From Actinomycetota bacterium (lineage in GTDB: Bacteria; Actinomycetota; Geothermincolia; Geothermincolales; RBG-13-55-18), in the NCBI GenBank assembly GCA_003598015.1, contig QZKE01000033.1, positions 124,616 through 188,615 on the forward strand: a stretch of DNA of 64,000 nucleotides, given 5' to 3'. The notes under the pieces were generated by a model, which did not search any database, was not told where the DNA came from, and saw only the letters and a program-made list of their open reading frames with translations. Positions 8,304 through 17,919 of this stretch are shown one piece after another (positions within the stretch are counted from its first letter, which is position 1; every line of letters starts with the position of its first letter). A program made the position numbers and the translations under genes.

Positions 8304-9470
8304 CTAGACCCAACCGCGCTTGGCCATGTAGTTGACCATGGGCTCGGCCAGTCCCGATCCGTACATGAGGGGAAGCATCTTCACGAAGAGGGGAAGGCTG
8401 GTCACCTTCATCACCGGGTTGAGTTTGCCGAAGCCGAGCCCTCTTTTTTTCGCCAGTTCCGACAGCATATTGAGGTAATTCGCCGGCACCGGCGCCGTTT
8501 CCCTGGCGACCAGCGACAAGGCATGCTGCGCACAGGTGGAGACACAGAGGCCGCAACCGATGCACCTGGCGAGGTCGATCTCGACCCTGCCGTCCGTCTC
8601 GGAGATCGCCTCCATCTGGCAGCGCTCCAGGCACACCCCGCATGCGGTGCAGCGTTCAGGGTATTTCCTGACCAGGAAGGCGGAGCGGACGTAATCGGCG
8701 GGCCTGTCGTGTACCTTCAACATGCGCAGCAGAGCGCAGCAGCACGAGCAGCAGCAGCACATGTGCACGATGTCCCGGCTGTTGGTGGGCATGAGTATCA
8801 TCGCGTTCTCATCGGCGCGATCGACGATCTTCAGGGCCTCGTCGATGCTTATCTCCCGCCCCTTGCCGGTGCGTATCATGTGATCGGCCCCTATGCCGAA
8901 ACTCAGGCAGGTCTCGTGCGGCTTCTCGCATTCATTGCCCAGCAGGCCCTGCTGCTTCTTGCAGATACATTCCGCCACGGCGGCCAGTTTCTGTTTCTTG
9001 ATGATCTCCCTGGCCTTGTCGAAGCTGGCGATGGATGAGGTGGGGTCCACGGCGGCGCCTACGGGCACCACGCGGTGCTGCTGAAGGACCGCGTCGCCCA
9101 GGTGTTTCTCGAATTCCACTACCATCTCCGCCAGTTCGCGGTCGATGGTGTCTACGAAGAACTCGAGGAAGCCTACCTGGTACTGCGTCGCCTGGTAGAA
9201 ATCGTGCTTGCCACTGTGGATCCTGATGATGAGTCCCGTCTGTGCCATCTCGGCGAGTTTCTCGGCGGCCCGTTCCTCGGACATCCCCCACCGCTTCGCG
9301 ATCACCGCGGGCGGTTCGGGGAACAGCCGCAACTGCATGGTAAGGCGGGCATCCTCCGGCGTGAACATCTTCGCCAGGATCTTCAGTTCCACCCCGCTCT
9401 CGGTCGAGGGGAATCCTCCCGGCGTTCTATCCAGATACTCTCGCAGTCGGGTGTAGGTTTCCTCCGGCAT
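8304..9470 (-). CDS. Iron-sulfur protein: N-terminal helical/wHTH-like region, poly-Cys tract (HMCCCCSCCC) and C-terminal 2x[4Fe-4S] ferredoxin domain
   Basis: CTACGVCLERC and CIGCGLCVSTC CxxCxxCxxxC motifs; additional CxxxC...C cysteines; RBS AAAGGAGAGG before ATG 9470. Confidence 0.7.
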   Translation of the reverse strand: MPEETYTRLREYLDRTPGGFPSTESGVELKILAKMFTPEDARLTMQLRLFPEPPAVIAKRWGMSEERAAEKLAEMAQTGLIIRIHSGKHDFYQATQYQVGFLEFFVDTIDRELAEMVVEFEKHLGDAVLQQHRVVPVGAAVDPTSSIASFDKAREIIKKQKLAAVAECICKKQQGLLGNECEKPHETCLSFGIGADHMIRTGKGREISIDEALKIVDRADENAMILMPTNSRDIVHMCCCCSCCCALLRMLKVHDRPADYVRSAFLVRKYPERCTACGVCLERCQMEAISETDGRVEIDLARCIGCGLCVSTCAQHALSLVARETAPVPANYLNMLSELAKKRGLGFGKLNPVMKVTSLPLFVKMLPLMYGSGLAEPMVNYMAKRGWV

Positions 9471-9563
9471 GGCCCCTCTCCTTTCTATTGAAAGATCTCT
9501 CCTGACAGGGAAGACCCGGACCGTGCGATATCGCGAACCCCATGGCGTCCTCGTTCTATATAC

Positions 9564-10781
9564 TCATCCGGCCGCGACGATAGCCAGCGCTTCGACCGGG
9601 CAGATGGTGATGCAGGCACCGCAGCGTTCGCAGAGCTCCAGGTCGATCAGCGGCTTGCCGTTGTCCATGGTTACCGCGCCGTAGATGCAGGAAGCGCACT
9701 TGCCGCAGCCGTTGCATTTATCCTCGTCGAGGACGGTATGCAGGGTCTGGGGAGGAACGGCTCCCGTCATGAACTGCACCACCAGCTCTTCCATGTTGTC
9801 GATGTGGGGAACCGCGAGCCCCACCATATCCGGGACCCGTTCGTAACCCTTGCGTTGCATGAAACGGGTCAGGCCGCCCAGGATCTCCTCGAAGATCCGG
9901 TAGCCCCTGTACTGCACCGGGCTTTCCAGGGCGGCTATGGTCGCACCACACATGATGCGCTCGACTGCATCCCTCCAATTCCATATACCCCCACTGCTGA
10001 TGATCTGCAGGCCGGTATCGTTCGCGGATAGGAATATGGCGTAGTTGCACAAGCCCCGCAGCCAGCGGCCGTAGCCGAAGGGTACGGTAAGGGGGGGTCT
10101 CGCCGTCTCGATATCCAGGAAGGTAACCCGGAAGTCACTGTAAGTATGCATCGCCGCCGCGCCCAGGCCCCGCATCGTCTCGAGGTAGCCCCGCCAGAAT
10201 ACGTCGTGGTTGAAGCCCAGTTTGAGCCAGAACGGCACGCGGAGGTGGCCGTCGAGCGCCTTGAATACGGCCGGGATGGCCTCATCCACGAAGGAAGCCG
10301 TCTCGCCCGCGCTGCAGGACAGGCCGCAGGTGCAGACCACCTCTATAGCCTCCGCTCCCGCCTCCTCCATCTGCAGGGCCATCTCCCGCAGCGTCACCTC
10401 AGATGGCGGCGAGACGGTCTCGAAGGGCGGCAGACCGGTCCACGGCCCTATGTAGAAGAAGCTGCCGATGAGCCGCGTATCCTCCCTCTCGGCCACGGGC
10501 TTCACGGTGCTGATGTATTCCAGCGCGTTCTCGAGCGGCAGGATGCCGGCATAACAGTGCATGAGGCTGCCGCGGTCACCTATCCTGTCGCAGAACCAGT
10601 TGCCCGGGCGGGGAAGAAGCTGCGTCAGCTCATCCAGCCCGACGCTCTTTACGATGACCGCGCCTGCGCCGGCTTCGATACAGCGCTGGATCGTGTAGGG
10701 TGTCGAAGTGATGGCACCCGCGGCGGCGGCAATCGGATTCTTCATGCGCATTCCGGCGAATTCGATCTCGAGATCAGCCAT
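9564..10781 (-). CDS. Dihydroorotate/dihydropyrimidine dehydrogenase (PreA)-like TIM-barrel flavoenzyme with C-terminal 2x[4Fe-4S] domain
   Basis: N-terminal LKNPI..AAG-type motif (MRMKNPIAAAAGAI), SSGGI motif, C-terminal CNGCGKCASC...CERCGACITICP; ATG at 10781 with GGAGGTG RBS. Confidence 0.75.
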   Translation of the reverse strand: MADLEIEFAGMRMKNPIAAAAGAITSTPYTIQRCIEAGAGAVIVKSVGLDELTQLLPRPGNWFCDRIGDRGSLMHCYAGILPLENALEYISTVKPVAEREDTRLIGSFFYIGPWTGLPPFETVSPPSEVTLREMALQMEEAGAEAIEVVCTCGLSCSAGETASFVDEAIPAVFKALDGHLRVPFWLKLGFNHDVFWRGYLETMRGLGAAAMHTYSDFRVTFLDIETARPPLTVPFGYGRWLRGLCNYAIFLSANDTGLQIISSGGIWNWRDAVERIMCGATIAALESPVQYRGYRIFEEILGGLTRFMQRKGYERVPDMVGLAVPHIDNMEELVVQFMTGAVPPQTLHTVLDEDKCNGCGKCASCIYGAVTMDNGKPLIDLELCERCGACITICPVEALAIVAAG

Positions 10782-10955
10782 TTCCCTGCACCTCCCCTTT
10801 CGAGACGTCGTCGCGGTCCGGCCTGTGAGTCCGGGACCTCCGTCCGCTTCCCGGGGCCGTTCCACGCCGTTCCCTCGAGCCTTCACCCACGCAGACTGTA
10901 TATCTATATCCCGGGAGGCCGAGCGGAGGACCAGCCCTGATGGTCCGCTTCCCGT

Positions 10956-11624
10956 TCAGGCTCTCCCCTCCAGCTGCTGTTGCAGGAGCGCGTTGACCCC
11001 CGCGAGCAAGAAAGTCACGGTCTGATCAGAGATCTCCGGGATACGGTCGGATTCATCCCGCCATATCAGGTAGTGATAGGCGACCTGCGCATAGAGGCCG
11101 ACGGTCAGTACGGCGATCAATTCCATGAGAGGGGCGGAGATGACGATATCGCCCTCGCGCCGGCAGACCTCTTCCAATCCGCCCTGGATATCCGCGGTGA
11201 GTTTCTCGAACAACTGCTTCCTCTGTTCCTCGACCTCCGCGCCCTGGCCGACCGTCTCGCGGAAGAGGATGGTCGCCTTTTCGGGATAGCGGCTGCAGAA
11301 GTCCAGCAGAAAGACCTGGCCGACCTGGCAGAAATCCGCGAGCGCGAAATCGGAACTCCGCAGCCCGCCGGCGAGCGATTCACGCAGGAGGTATACACAA
11401 TCGTTCATCAACCTGATCAGCAGGTCTTCCTTGTTCTTGAAGTAGAAATAGATGGTGCCGGTCGAAAACTCCGCCAGGTCCGCTATATCGCCCATGCTCG
11501 CTGTCTGGTAGCCTTTTTGAGCGAACAGCTTCTCGGCGGCGGCGAGGATAGCCGCGATACGCTGTTCCTTCTCGCGTTGCTTGCGCAGCGTTCTGCGCGG
11601 AACTTCGGGCTCTGAAGCAGGCAT
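10956..11624 (-). CDS. TetR/AcrR family transcriptional regulator
   Basis: HTH AAILAAAEKLFAQKGYQTASMGDIADLAEFSTGTIYFYFKNKEDL. Confidence 0.85.
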   Translation of the reverse strand: MPASEPEVPRRTLRKQREKEQRIAAILAAAEKLFAQKGYQTASMGDIADLAEFSTGTIYFYFKNKEDLLIRLMNDCVYLLRESLAGGLRSSDFALADFCQVGQVFLLDFCSRYPEKATILFRETVGQGAEVEEQRKQLFEKLTADIQGGLEEVCRREGDIVISAPLMELIAVLTVGLYAQVAYHYLIWRDESDRIPEISDQTVTFLLAGVNALLQQQLEGRA

Positions 11625-12093
11625 GGAACCCCACCTCGTAAGGGCGATCTTATGCCCCGGTCGGTGCTGCGTATGTTGCGTTATAGATATGCCATATAAT
11701 TTTAAACTGTATTAGAAAAATAAATCAGATTATAGATATTGTCAACAGACAGCTATTGCGGCTGAAAGGCAGGGTACCTACGGGATGATTGCCAGTGGAC
11801 GGTATGCAGATTGCCGTCATGCGCATCAGACAAGGCTGCATCGTCATGCGCGGAGGTTGCGGCCCCACAGCGGGAGGAATGCTGCACAGGCAGCCTTCAG
11901 GTCAGGTGCCCCACCGCTGGCGTCTCGATATAACATCTTCTTAAGGGTGGCGTAACAGATCCTTCACATGGAATCCGACTTATACAATAGATCAATCAAG
12001 GCGCTGCGATGGCGGGTCGGCGCGGGTATGATACCTCCGCCGGACCGGCCTAGCGGGCGAGCCGAGGCCATGAGGTGGCGGGGAGGGATCACC

Positions 12094-13566
12094 GTGAGTA
12101 AGAAAGCGGCGAAAACGAGCATGTTCATAGCGGCCCTAGCGTCAGCCGTCATCGCGGTGGCGTGCGTCACGGTTTTCGTGGCGCTGCGGGGCCCGGACGG
12201 GGGAGGGGGAGAGGCCACGTCCTACTACCAACTGCGCGTCGAGCTTACGACCAGATCGGACGGCGCCGAGCTCGAGCCCGCGCGGACGGCTGAAATCCTC
12301 AGCGTGAGAGAGGTCGGGGTTCAGGGTAAATGGGAGAAAAAGGGCGTGTCCATGCTCCGCGTGTGGGTGCAGAGGGACGGCGCCGCGTCGGCGGAGGAAG
12401 TCGTGGGCATCACCGCCGACTATGCCATCGACCCAAGCGCCCTCGGCCGGCCTTTTGCCTTCAGCCTGCATGCGGCAGGACCGGAGGGTTGCGCCTTGCG
12501 CGTGACCGGGGCGGGCGATGGAGAGGAGGTGGAGCTGGCGGTGGTGGAGCACGCCGGCGCCGAGCCCCTCGAGTTTCAAGTCGAACTCTCGCCCCTGGGA
12601 GGTTCGCCTCCCCTCGTAGACGAAACGGAGTCGCGGTCCTCGTCCATGGCCCTGGCCTTCTACTACCCCTGGTACGATTCCACGCGCAACTGGGACAGCC
12701 CTGCCCTGCAGGACCGTCCCGCACAGCCGTATGTCTCCGCAGACCGCGCGGCCATGGAGCGGCACGTCGAGCAGGCCCGCGAGGCGGGGATCGACGGTTT
12801 CCTGGTCTCCTGGTGGGGCCCCGGCTCCTACACCGACGAGAACCTGGCGTTGCTCCTGGACGTGGCGGAGGAGAGCGGGTTCTCCATCGCCATCAACTTC
12901 GAGACCCTGCGAGGCGACAGCCCGGCCGGGAACCCACAACCCCTCCCGCCCGACGAGATCTTCGCCTGGATGAGGTACGCGCTAACCAGCTACGGCGATC
13001 ATCCCGCCTATCTCAGGATCGACGGAGAGCCTCTCATCGCCGTTTGGGCGTCCCAAGCGGTACCCCTCGACGACTGGGAGCGCGTCTTCGCCGAACTGGA
13101 GGCGCGGGGGCTCGAGGCCTTCTGCCTGGCCGAGTTCGGAGGCGATCACCCCAAGACGGACGTCCTGGAGGTCTTCGACGGGCTGCACACCTACAATATA
13201 GTGGGCATGGCGGGGGGAGACGGGGGGATGGATCAACTCGCCTCCATTTATGCCGATACCGGGCGCATGGTCAGGAACTACCACCTCCTGCAGGAGGAGG
13301 GAGCCCCCCGCAAGCTGTGGGCAGCGACCGCCCAACCCGGGTACGACGACCATCTCATACCAGGCCGTCCGGGGGTAGTCCTCCCGCGTGAGGACGGGGA
13401 GACCTACCGCGCGAGTTTCGAGGCGGCGCTGGCGAGCGGTCCCGACTGCGTGTTCATAACCTCGTGGAACGAATGGTGGGAGCATACGTATATCGAACCG
13501 AGCGAAGCCTACGGGGACCTTTATCTCAGCATAACCGCCGAGTGCCTGGGGGCGTGGAGGGAATGA
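12094..13566 (+). CDS. Membrane-anchored/secreted glycoside hydrolase family 99-like (endo-alpha-mannosidase-like) protein
   Basis: N-terminal signal anchor (KKAAKTSMFIAALASAVIAVACVTVFVAL); GH99-like motifs AFYYPWY, GIDGFLVSWWG, FITSWNEWWE; GTG 12094 with GGGGAGGG RBS (ATG 12070/12118 alternatives). Confidence 0.55.
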   Translation: MSKKAAKTSMFIAALASAVIAVACVTVFVALRGPDGGGGEATSYYQLRVELTTRSDGAELEPARTAEILSVREVGVQGKWEKKGVSMLRVWVQRDGAASAEEVVGITADYAIDPSALGRPFAFSLHAAGPEGCALRVTGAGDGEEVELAVVEHAGAEPLEFQVELSPLGGSPPLVDETESRSSSMALAFYYPWYDSTRNWDSPALQDRPAQPYVSADRAAMERHVEQAREAGIDGFLVSWWGPGSYTDENLALLLDVAEESGFSIAINFETLRGDSPAGNPQPLPPDEIFAWMRYALTSYGDHPAYLRIDGEPLIAVWASQAVPLDDWERVFAELEARGLEAFCLAEFGGDHPKTDVLEVFDGLHTYNIVGMAGGDGGMDQLASIYADTGRMVRNYHLLQEEGAPRKLWAATAQPGYDDHLIPGRPGVVLPREDGETYRASFEAALASGPDCVFITSWNEWWEHTYIEPSEAYGDLYLSITAECLGAWRE

Positions 13567-13593
13567 TCCCGCGCGGCGCCCCGCCCCGGGAAC

Positions 13594-14277
13594 TCAGGAG
13601 AAGAGTTCCTCGAGCAGGGGCGTGAACACCGCGAGCAGGGTGTCCTTTACCCATTGCCGGTATGCTTCGCCGTCGGGATCCATCCCCAGGATCTGGGCGT
13701 GGGCCGACTTGGCGCCCAGGAAGGAGTCGGCGAGGATGTGGAAGCAATACACGAAGCTCTCCGCCTCCTCCCTGCGGCCGGGCAGCGGAGCCATCCCCTC
13801 GAGCATGCTCCGCAGCCCCTCGATATGCATGAGGATGTAGCGATAGCCCGGTATCTCCTCCAGCTGGCCTATCTGCGCCATGTTCACGAAGATGATCTGC
13901 TGGGCCTCGGGGTGGTCGAAATAGTAGTCGAGGAAGCGATCGATAAAGAGAGAGAGGCCCTCAACCGGCCGCATGCGTGAGAGGTCGTGCAGCCAGGCGG
14001 GCATTATCTCCATAGTCTCGCGGTAGATCCTCTCCGTCACCGCCTCGAAGAGCTTCTCCTTGGAGCCGAAGTAATAATGTATAAGCGGGTGGTCAACGCC
14101 CGCCTCCGCGGCGATCATGCGTGTGCTGGCCGCGCGGAAGGAATGTTGCGCGAATACCCGGGTGGCCGCCTTGAGTATCCTCTCCCGCGTGCCCTCGTCC
14201 CCATCGCCCTTGCGTTGGCGGCGCCTGCTTTCACCCATAGCGGCGGGCTTGCTGTGTCCCTTTCTTGCCACTGCCAT
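13594..14277 (-). CDS. TetR family transcriptional regulator
   Basis: HTH RILKAATRVFAQHSFRAASTRMIAAEAGVDHPLIHYYFGSKEKL. Confidence 0.85.
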   Translation of the reverse strand: MAVARKGHSKPAAMGESRRRQRKGDGDEGTRERILKAATRVFAQHSFRAASTRMIAAEAGVDHPLIHYYFGSKEKLFEAVTERIYRETMEIMPAWLHDLSRMRPVEGLSLFIDRFLDYYFDHPEAQQIIFVNMAQIGQLEEIPGYRYILMHIEGLRSMLEGMAPLPGRREEAESFVYCFHILADSFLGAKSAHAQILGMDPDGEAYRQWVKDTLLAVFTPLLEELFS

Positions 14278-14366
14278 GACGCTTGACCCTTTCTCTGTCT
14301 CCGGCCGGCTTCGCTGACGACGGGACGGGGTTCCACGCCGCCGATGATAGCGCAGCCATCAGTATA

Positions 14367-14416
14367 TTGACAAATCGGTAAAATATCCTATGATAGTATT
14401 TACCAATCGGTAAAAG
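14367..14416 (+). promoter_or_regulatory. Sigma70-like promoter (TTGACA 14367-72, 16-nt spacer, TATGAT 14389-94) overlapped by two copies of AATCGGTAAAA (second inside the near-palindrome TTTACCAATCGGTAAA); putative TetR operator
   Basis: Read from sequence; AT-rich intergenic between divergent TetR (13594..14277) and the 14465 operon. Confidence 0.45.
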
Positions 14417-14464
14417 TATAGACGACATAATATTTTTCGGCAAGCGGAAAGGGGTGCGTGGCAC

Positions 14465-15202
14465 ATGGAGCCTCAGGCGGGTCTGTTGCAGGCGGGGATG
14501 GAAGAGAGGAGCGAGGCGGTATGGCAGGCGATGCGCGCCGCCTACAAGTCGGGCCTTATGGACGAGATGCTCGACCTCGCCGGTGCGCTTATGCCTCCCG
14601 ATATGGATCAGATCGAGATGATGGGAGAGGCCGAGGAGCGATTGATGCAGGCCGATCTGGCCGCTACGGCCGGGATGATGGACGAGATGCTCATCCCGCT
14701 GGCGCGCGTCATGGCCAGGGAAGAGGTGGTGGAGGCGATGAAGTCACTCCTGCTCACCTTCAAGCCGGCCATCATGGGCGCCGTGTCGGCGTCGGGAGGA
14801 GATGTCACATTGCTGAGGGAAAGGCTCCAGGCCGTGCAGGCGAGCCTGCTGGCCTTGCGTCCCGTGGCGCAGGTGGCGGCGCCGGCCGCCCTGCAGGCCG
14901 CCTCTCCACGGCTGGAGGGTTTCCTCCTGGATAAAGCCGGTCCCGCGGTGGGCAACATGATAAACGCGCAGTGCGCCGGCCTGAACCACCTCATCGAGAC
15001 CAACCCCCGGGCCATCCCCGCTTTTCTGCGAGGGGTGGCGGAGACCGTCGACAGCGCGGAGATGAGAAAGGCGGCCTCCGCGCTCTTTGGTATCCTCCTC
15101 GCTCACAGGCCCAAGCCGCTCAAGTGGCTGGTGCGGGAGATAGCGATGCGCACGAGGAAGCGCTTCGGAGCTGCGAAGGGAGGGGCGCGTGATGACGGCT
15201 AA
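14465..15202 (+). CDS. Hypothetical helical protein (Met/Ala/Leu-rich, no recognised domain), first gene of the GlcD/F/E-like operon
   Basis: 245-aa ORF with RBS AAGGGG; coding-type GC3; overlaps next gene by 11 nt. Confidence 0.5.
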   Translation: MEPQAGLLQAGMEERSEAVWQAMRAAYKSGLMDEMLDLAGALMPPDMDQIEMMGEAEERLMQADLAATAGMMDEMLIPLARVMAREEVVEAMKSLLLTFKPAIMGAVSASGGDVTLLRERLQAVQASLLALRPVAQVAAPAALQAASPRLEGFLLDKAGPAVGNMINAQCAGLNHLIETNPRAIPAFLRGVAETVDSAEMRKAASALFGILLAHRPKPLKWLVREIAMRTRKRFGAAKGGARDDG

Positions 15203-16646
15203 GAGCGATTGCGTGAAGATCGTAGGCGAAGAGAGCGTGCTCGCGGACAAGAAAATCCTGGCCTCCTTCGCCCGCGATGACGGCGGCAGCCAGGGGTCGC
15301 CTCCGGCCTGCGTGGTGAAACCCCGCAGCGCGGAGGAGGTACGCGAAATCGTGCTCATGGCCAACGCCAGGGGTTATGCGCTGGTGCCCGTCTCCTCCGG
15401 CGAACCGCACTCCCGCGGCGATACCGTGCCCGCGACGGAGGGCGCGGTGATCGTCGACCTCTCGGGGATGAAGCGCGTGCTGCGTATGGACCGGCGCAAC
15501 AAGGTGGCCATGGTGGAGCCGGGAGTGACCTTCGGCGAGTTGAGGGACGCCGCCGCGCAGGAGGGATTGCGGGTGCTCACTCCCCTGCTTCCCCGCCCCA
15601 GCAAGTCGGTACTGGGAAGCGCCCTGGAGAGGGAGCCCATGCTCATCCCCAAGTACCACTGGGATATGACCGACCCCCTCATGTGCGTGGAGGTCGTGTT
15701 CGGGACGGGCGACGTCTTCCGCACCGGCTCGGCTGCCGGCCCCGGCACCCTGGAGGAGCAGTGGGCCGTCGGGTGCGCCCAGAAGAATCCCATGGGGCCG
15801 GGACAGACCGATTTCCTGCGCCTCGTCCAGGGTTCCCAGGGCAGCATGGGCATCGTGACCTGGGGCACGGTGAAACTGGAATTGCTGCCCGGCGTGGAGA
15901 AAGCCTTCCTCGTCACGGCGGACGAATTCGGCGCGCTGCAGGATTTCGCCTACACCATCCTCAAGTTCAAGCTCCCGGATCTCTGCCTCATCCTCAACGG
16001 CGCCGCTCTTGGCGCCATAACGGAAAAGGGCGGAGGGGATATGCCCCCCTGGACGCTCGCCTATTCCATTTCCGGCTATACCTACATGCCGCGGGAGAGG
16101 GTGGAATACCTGGAGAAAGACGTCGCGGATATCGCTTCCGCGGCGGGGGTCAAACCCGCGCGCACCGCGGGGGACGTCGATGCCGGCGAGCTGGCCCGCA
16201 TGATGGGCGCGCCGTGCCCGCCGCCGCACTGGAAGACGCGCGCCAGGGGCGCCTGCCGGGAGGTCTTCTTCCTCACCACCCTGGACAGGGTGCCCGCGTT
16301 CCTGGCGGCGGTGGATGGGGAGATGTCCGCGCACGGCTTCGATGCCCGGGACCTGGGGGTCTACGTGCAGCCCATCCGCCAGGGGACCGGATGCCACCTG
16401 GAAATGGACTTCTTCTACGACCCGGGAAGCGAGGAGGATACGCGAAAAGCCAGGGCGCTCCACGAGGGCGTCAGCCGCGCCTGCATCGAGATGGGAGGTT
16501 TCTTCTCGCGCCCCTACGGCGGCTGGGCCGACCTGGCCTACGGGCGCGCGCCGGATGCCGTGGCGGCGCTTGCCAGGATAAAGGACATCCTCGACCCGCG
16601 CGGCGTGATGAACCCGGGCCGCCTCTGCTTCGGGAAGGAGGGATAG
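15192..16646 (+). CDS. FAD-binding oxidoreductase (FAD-linked oxidase, GlcD-like)
   Basis: PCMH-type FAD-binding region (VVKPRSAEEVREIVLMANARGYALVPVSSG); C-terminal oxidase domain; GGGAGGGG RBS 7 nt before ATG 15192. Confidence 0.85.
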   Translation: MTAKSDCVKIVGEESVLADKKILASFARDDGGSQGSPPACVVKPRSAEEVREIVLMANARGYALVPVSSGEPHSRGDTVPATEGAVIVDLSGMKRVLRMDRRNKVAMVEPGVTFGELRDAAAQEGLRVLTPLLPRPSKSVLGSALEREPMLIPKYHWDMTDPLMCVEVVFGTGDVFRTGSAAGPGTLEEQWAVGCAQKNPMGPGQTDFLRLVQGSQGSMGIVTWGTVKLELLPGVEKAFLVTADEFGALQDFAYTILKFKLPDLCLILNGAALGAITEKGGGDMPPWTLAYSISGYTYMPRERVEYLEKDVADIASAAGVKPARTAGDVDAGELARMMGAPCPPPHWKTRARGACREVFFLTTLDRVPAFLAAVDGEMSAHGFDARDLGVYVQPIRQGTGCHLEMDFFYDPGSEEDTRKARALHEGVSRACIEMGGFFSRPYGGWADLAYGRAPDAVAALARIKDILDPRGVMNPGRLCFGKEG

Positions 16647-16649
16647 GCA

Positions 16650-17918
16650 ATGGCTTTACAGGATATGGAAAGGGATATGGCGGGCTGTTCCAGGTGCTCG
16701 AGCTGCAAGTGGATACCCCACAACCAGGTCAAGAGCTGGAGGTTCGCCCAGGGGTGCCCCTCCAGTACCCGCTACAGCTTCCACGCTTACTCCGGCAGCG
16801 GCAAGATGATCATGGGGCTCTCCATGCTGCAGAGCCGCAGCGAGCTCAACGACGACGTGGCCGGCATCATCTATAACTGCCAGCTCTGCGGCTCTTGCCA
16901 GGTCTCGTGCCAGGTTTACCGGGACGACATCGACCTTTCCGACGTGCTCCTCGAGCTGAGGGCGAAGTGCGTGGAAGACGGCTTCCTCATCCTCGAGCAC
17001 ATGGAGATGCTGCAGTCCATGAAGAAGGAGGACAACCCCCTGGGCATGCTCAAGGCCGACCGCGGGAGGTGGGCGGAGGGGCTGGGCCTGCCGGAGATCG
17101 GCGGGCGCCAGGTGGAGGTGCTCTTCCATGCCGGTTGCCGCTACTCCTACGACGAAGACCTGCGCGGGACGGTGAGGGGTACGGTCTCCCTCCTGCGCGA
17201 TGCCGGTATAGATATCGGCGTGGCGGGGAAGGATGAGGCTTGCTGCGGCGGCAGGGCCTACGAACTGGGTTACCAGGGAGAGATGCGCAACTTCGCGGAC
17301 GACATGGCCGGCCGGGTCAAGGCCTCCGGCGCCCGCACGCTGGTCACGGCATGCTCCGACTGCTACTACACCTTCATGTACCTCTACCCCAAGAATGGAT
17401 TGGACCTCGGGGTCGAGGTGCTGCATATCACCGAGCTGGTAGGCCGCATGATCGAGGAGGGGAGGATCGAGCCCGCCGGCGAAGTGCCCATGCGCGTGAC
17501 CTATCACGATCCCTGCCACCTGGGCCGGCGGGGCGAGTCGTACAAGGAGGGCTGGAGCGGCGGCGACAAGCTGCTGCGGCCGGTACGTTTCAAGCAGAGC
17601 GGGCGTCTGGGTGTGTTCGACCCTCCGCGGGACATCATCAGGGCGCTGCCCGGAATCGAGCTGGTCGAGATGGAGCGCATACGTGAATACTCCTGGTGCT
17701 GCGGCGCCGGTGGCGGCGTGCTCGAGGCTTTCCCCGAGTTCGCTTCCTGGACGGCGGGAGACCGCCTGGAGGAGGCAGCGGCCACCGGGGCGGAGGCGCT
17801 GGTCACCGCATGTCCCTGGTGCGTGAGGGTGTTCCGGGACGCCGTGACGGAGCGGGGCATGGAGATGAAGATCTACGACGTGATGGAACTGCTGGCGTCG
17901 TCACTGGGAGGTGCTTGA
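16650..17918 (+). CDS. (Fe-S)-binding protein, GlcF/heterodisulfide-reductase-like with two CCG cysteine-rich domains
   Basis: CSRCSSC...C and CQLCGSCQVSCQ ferredoxin-type motifs; two CCG-type cysteine-rich repeats (AGCRYSY...ACCGG; ACSDCYY...HDPCHLGR; WCCGAGGG). Confidence 0.85.
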   Translation: MALQDMERDMAGCSRCSSCKWIPHNQVKSWRFAQGCPSSTRYSFHAYSGSGKMIMGLSMLQSRSELNDDVAGIIYNCQLCGSCQVSCQVYRDDIDLSDVLLELRAKCVEDGFLILEHMEMLQSMKKEDNPLGMLKADRGRWAEGLGLPEIGGRQVEVLFHAGCRYSYDEDLRGTVRGTVSLLRDAGIDIGVAGKDEACCGGRAYELGYQGEMRNFADDMAGRVKASGARTLVTACSDCYYTFMYLYPKNGLDLGVEVLHITELVGRMIEEGRIEPAGEVPMRVTYHDPCHLGRRGESYKEGWSGGDKLLRPVRFKQSGRLGVFDPPRDIIRALPGIELVEMERIREYSWCCGAGGGVLEAFPEFASWTAGDRLEEAAATGAEALVTACPWCVRVFRDAVTERGMEMKIYDVMELLASSLGGA

Positions 17919-17919
17919 G

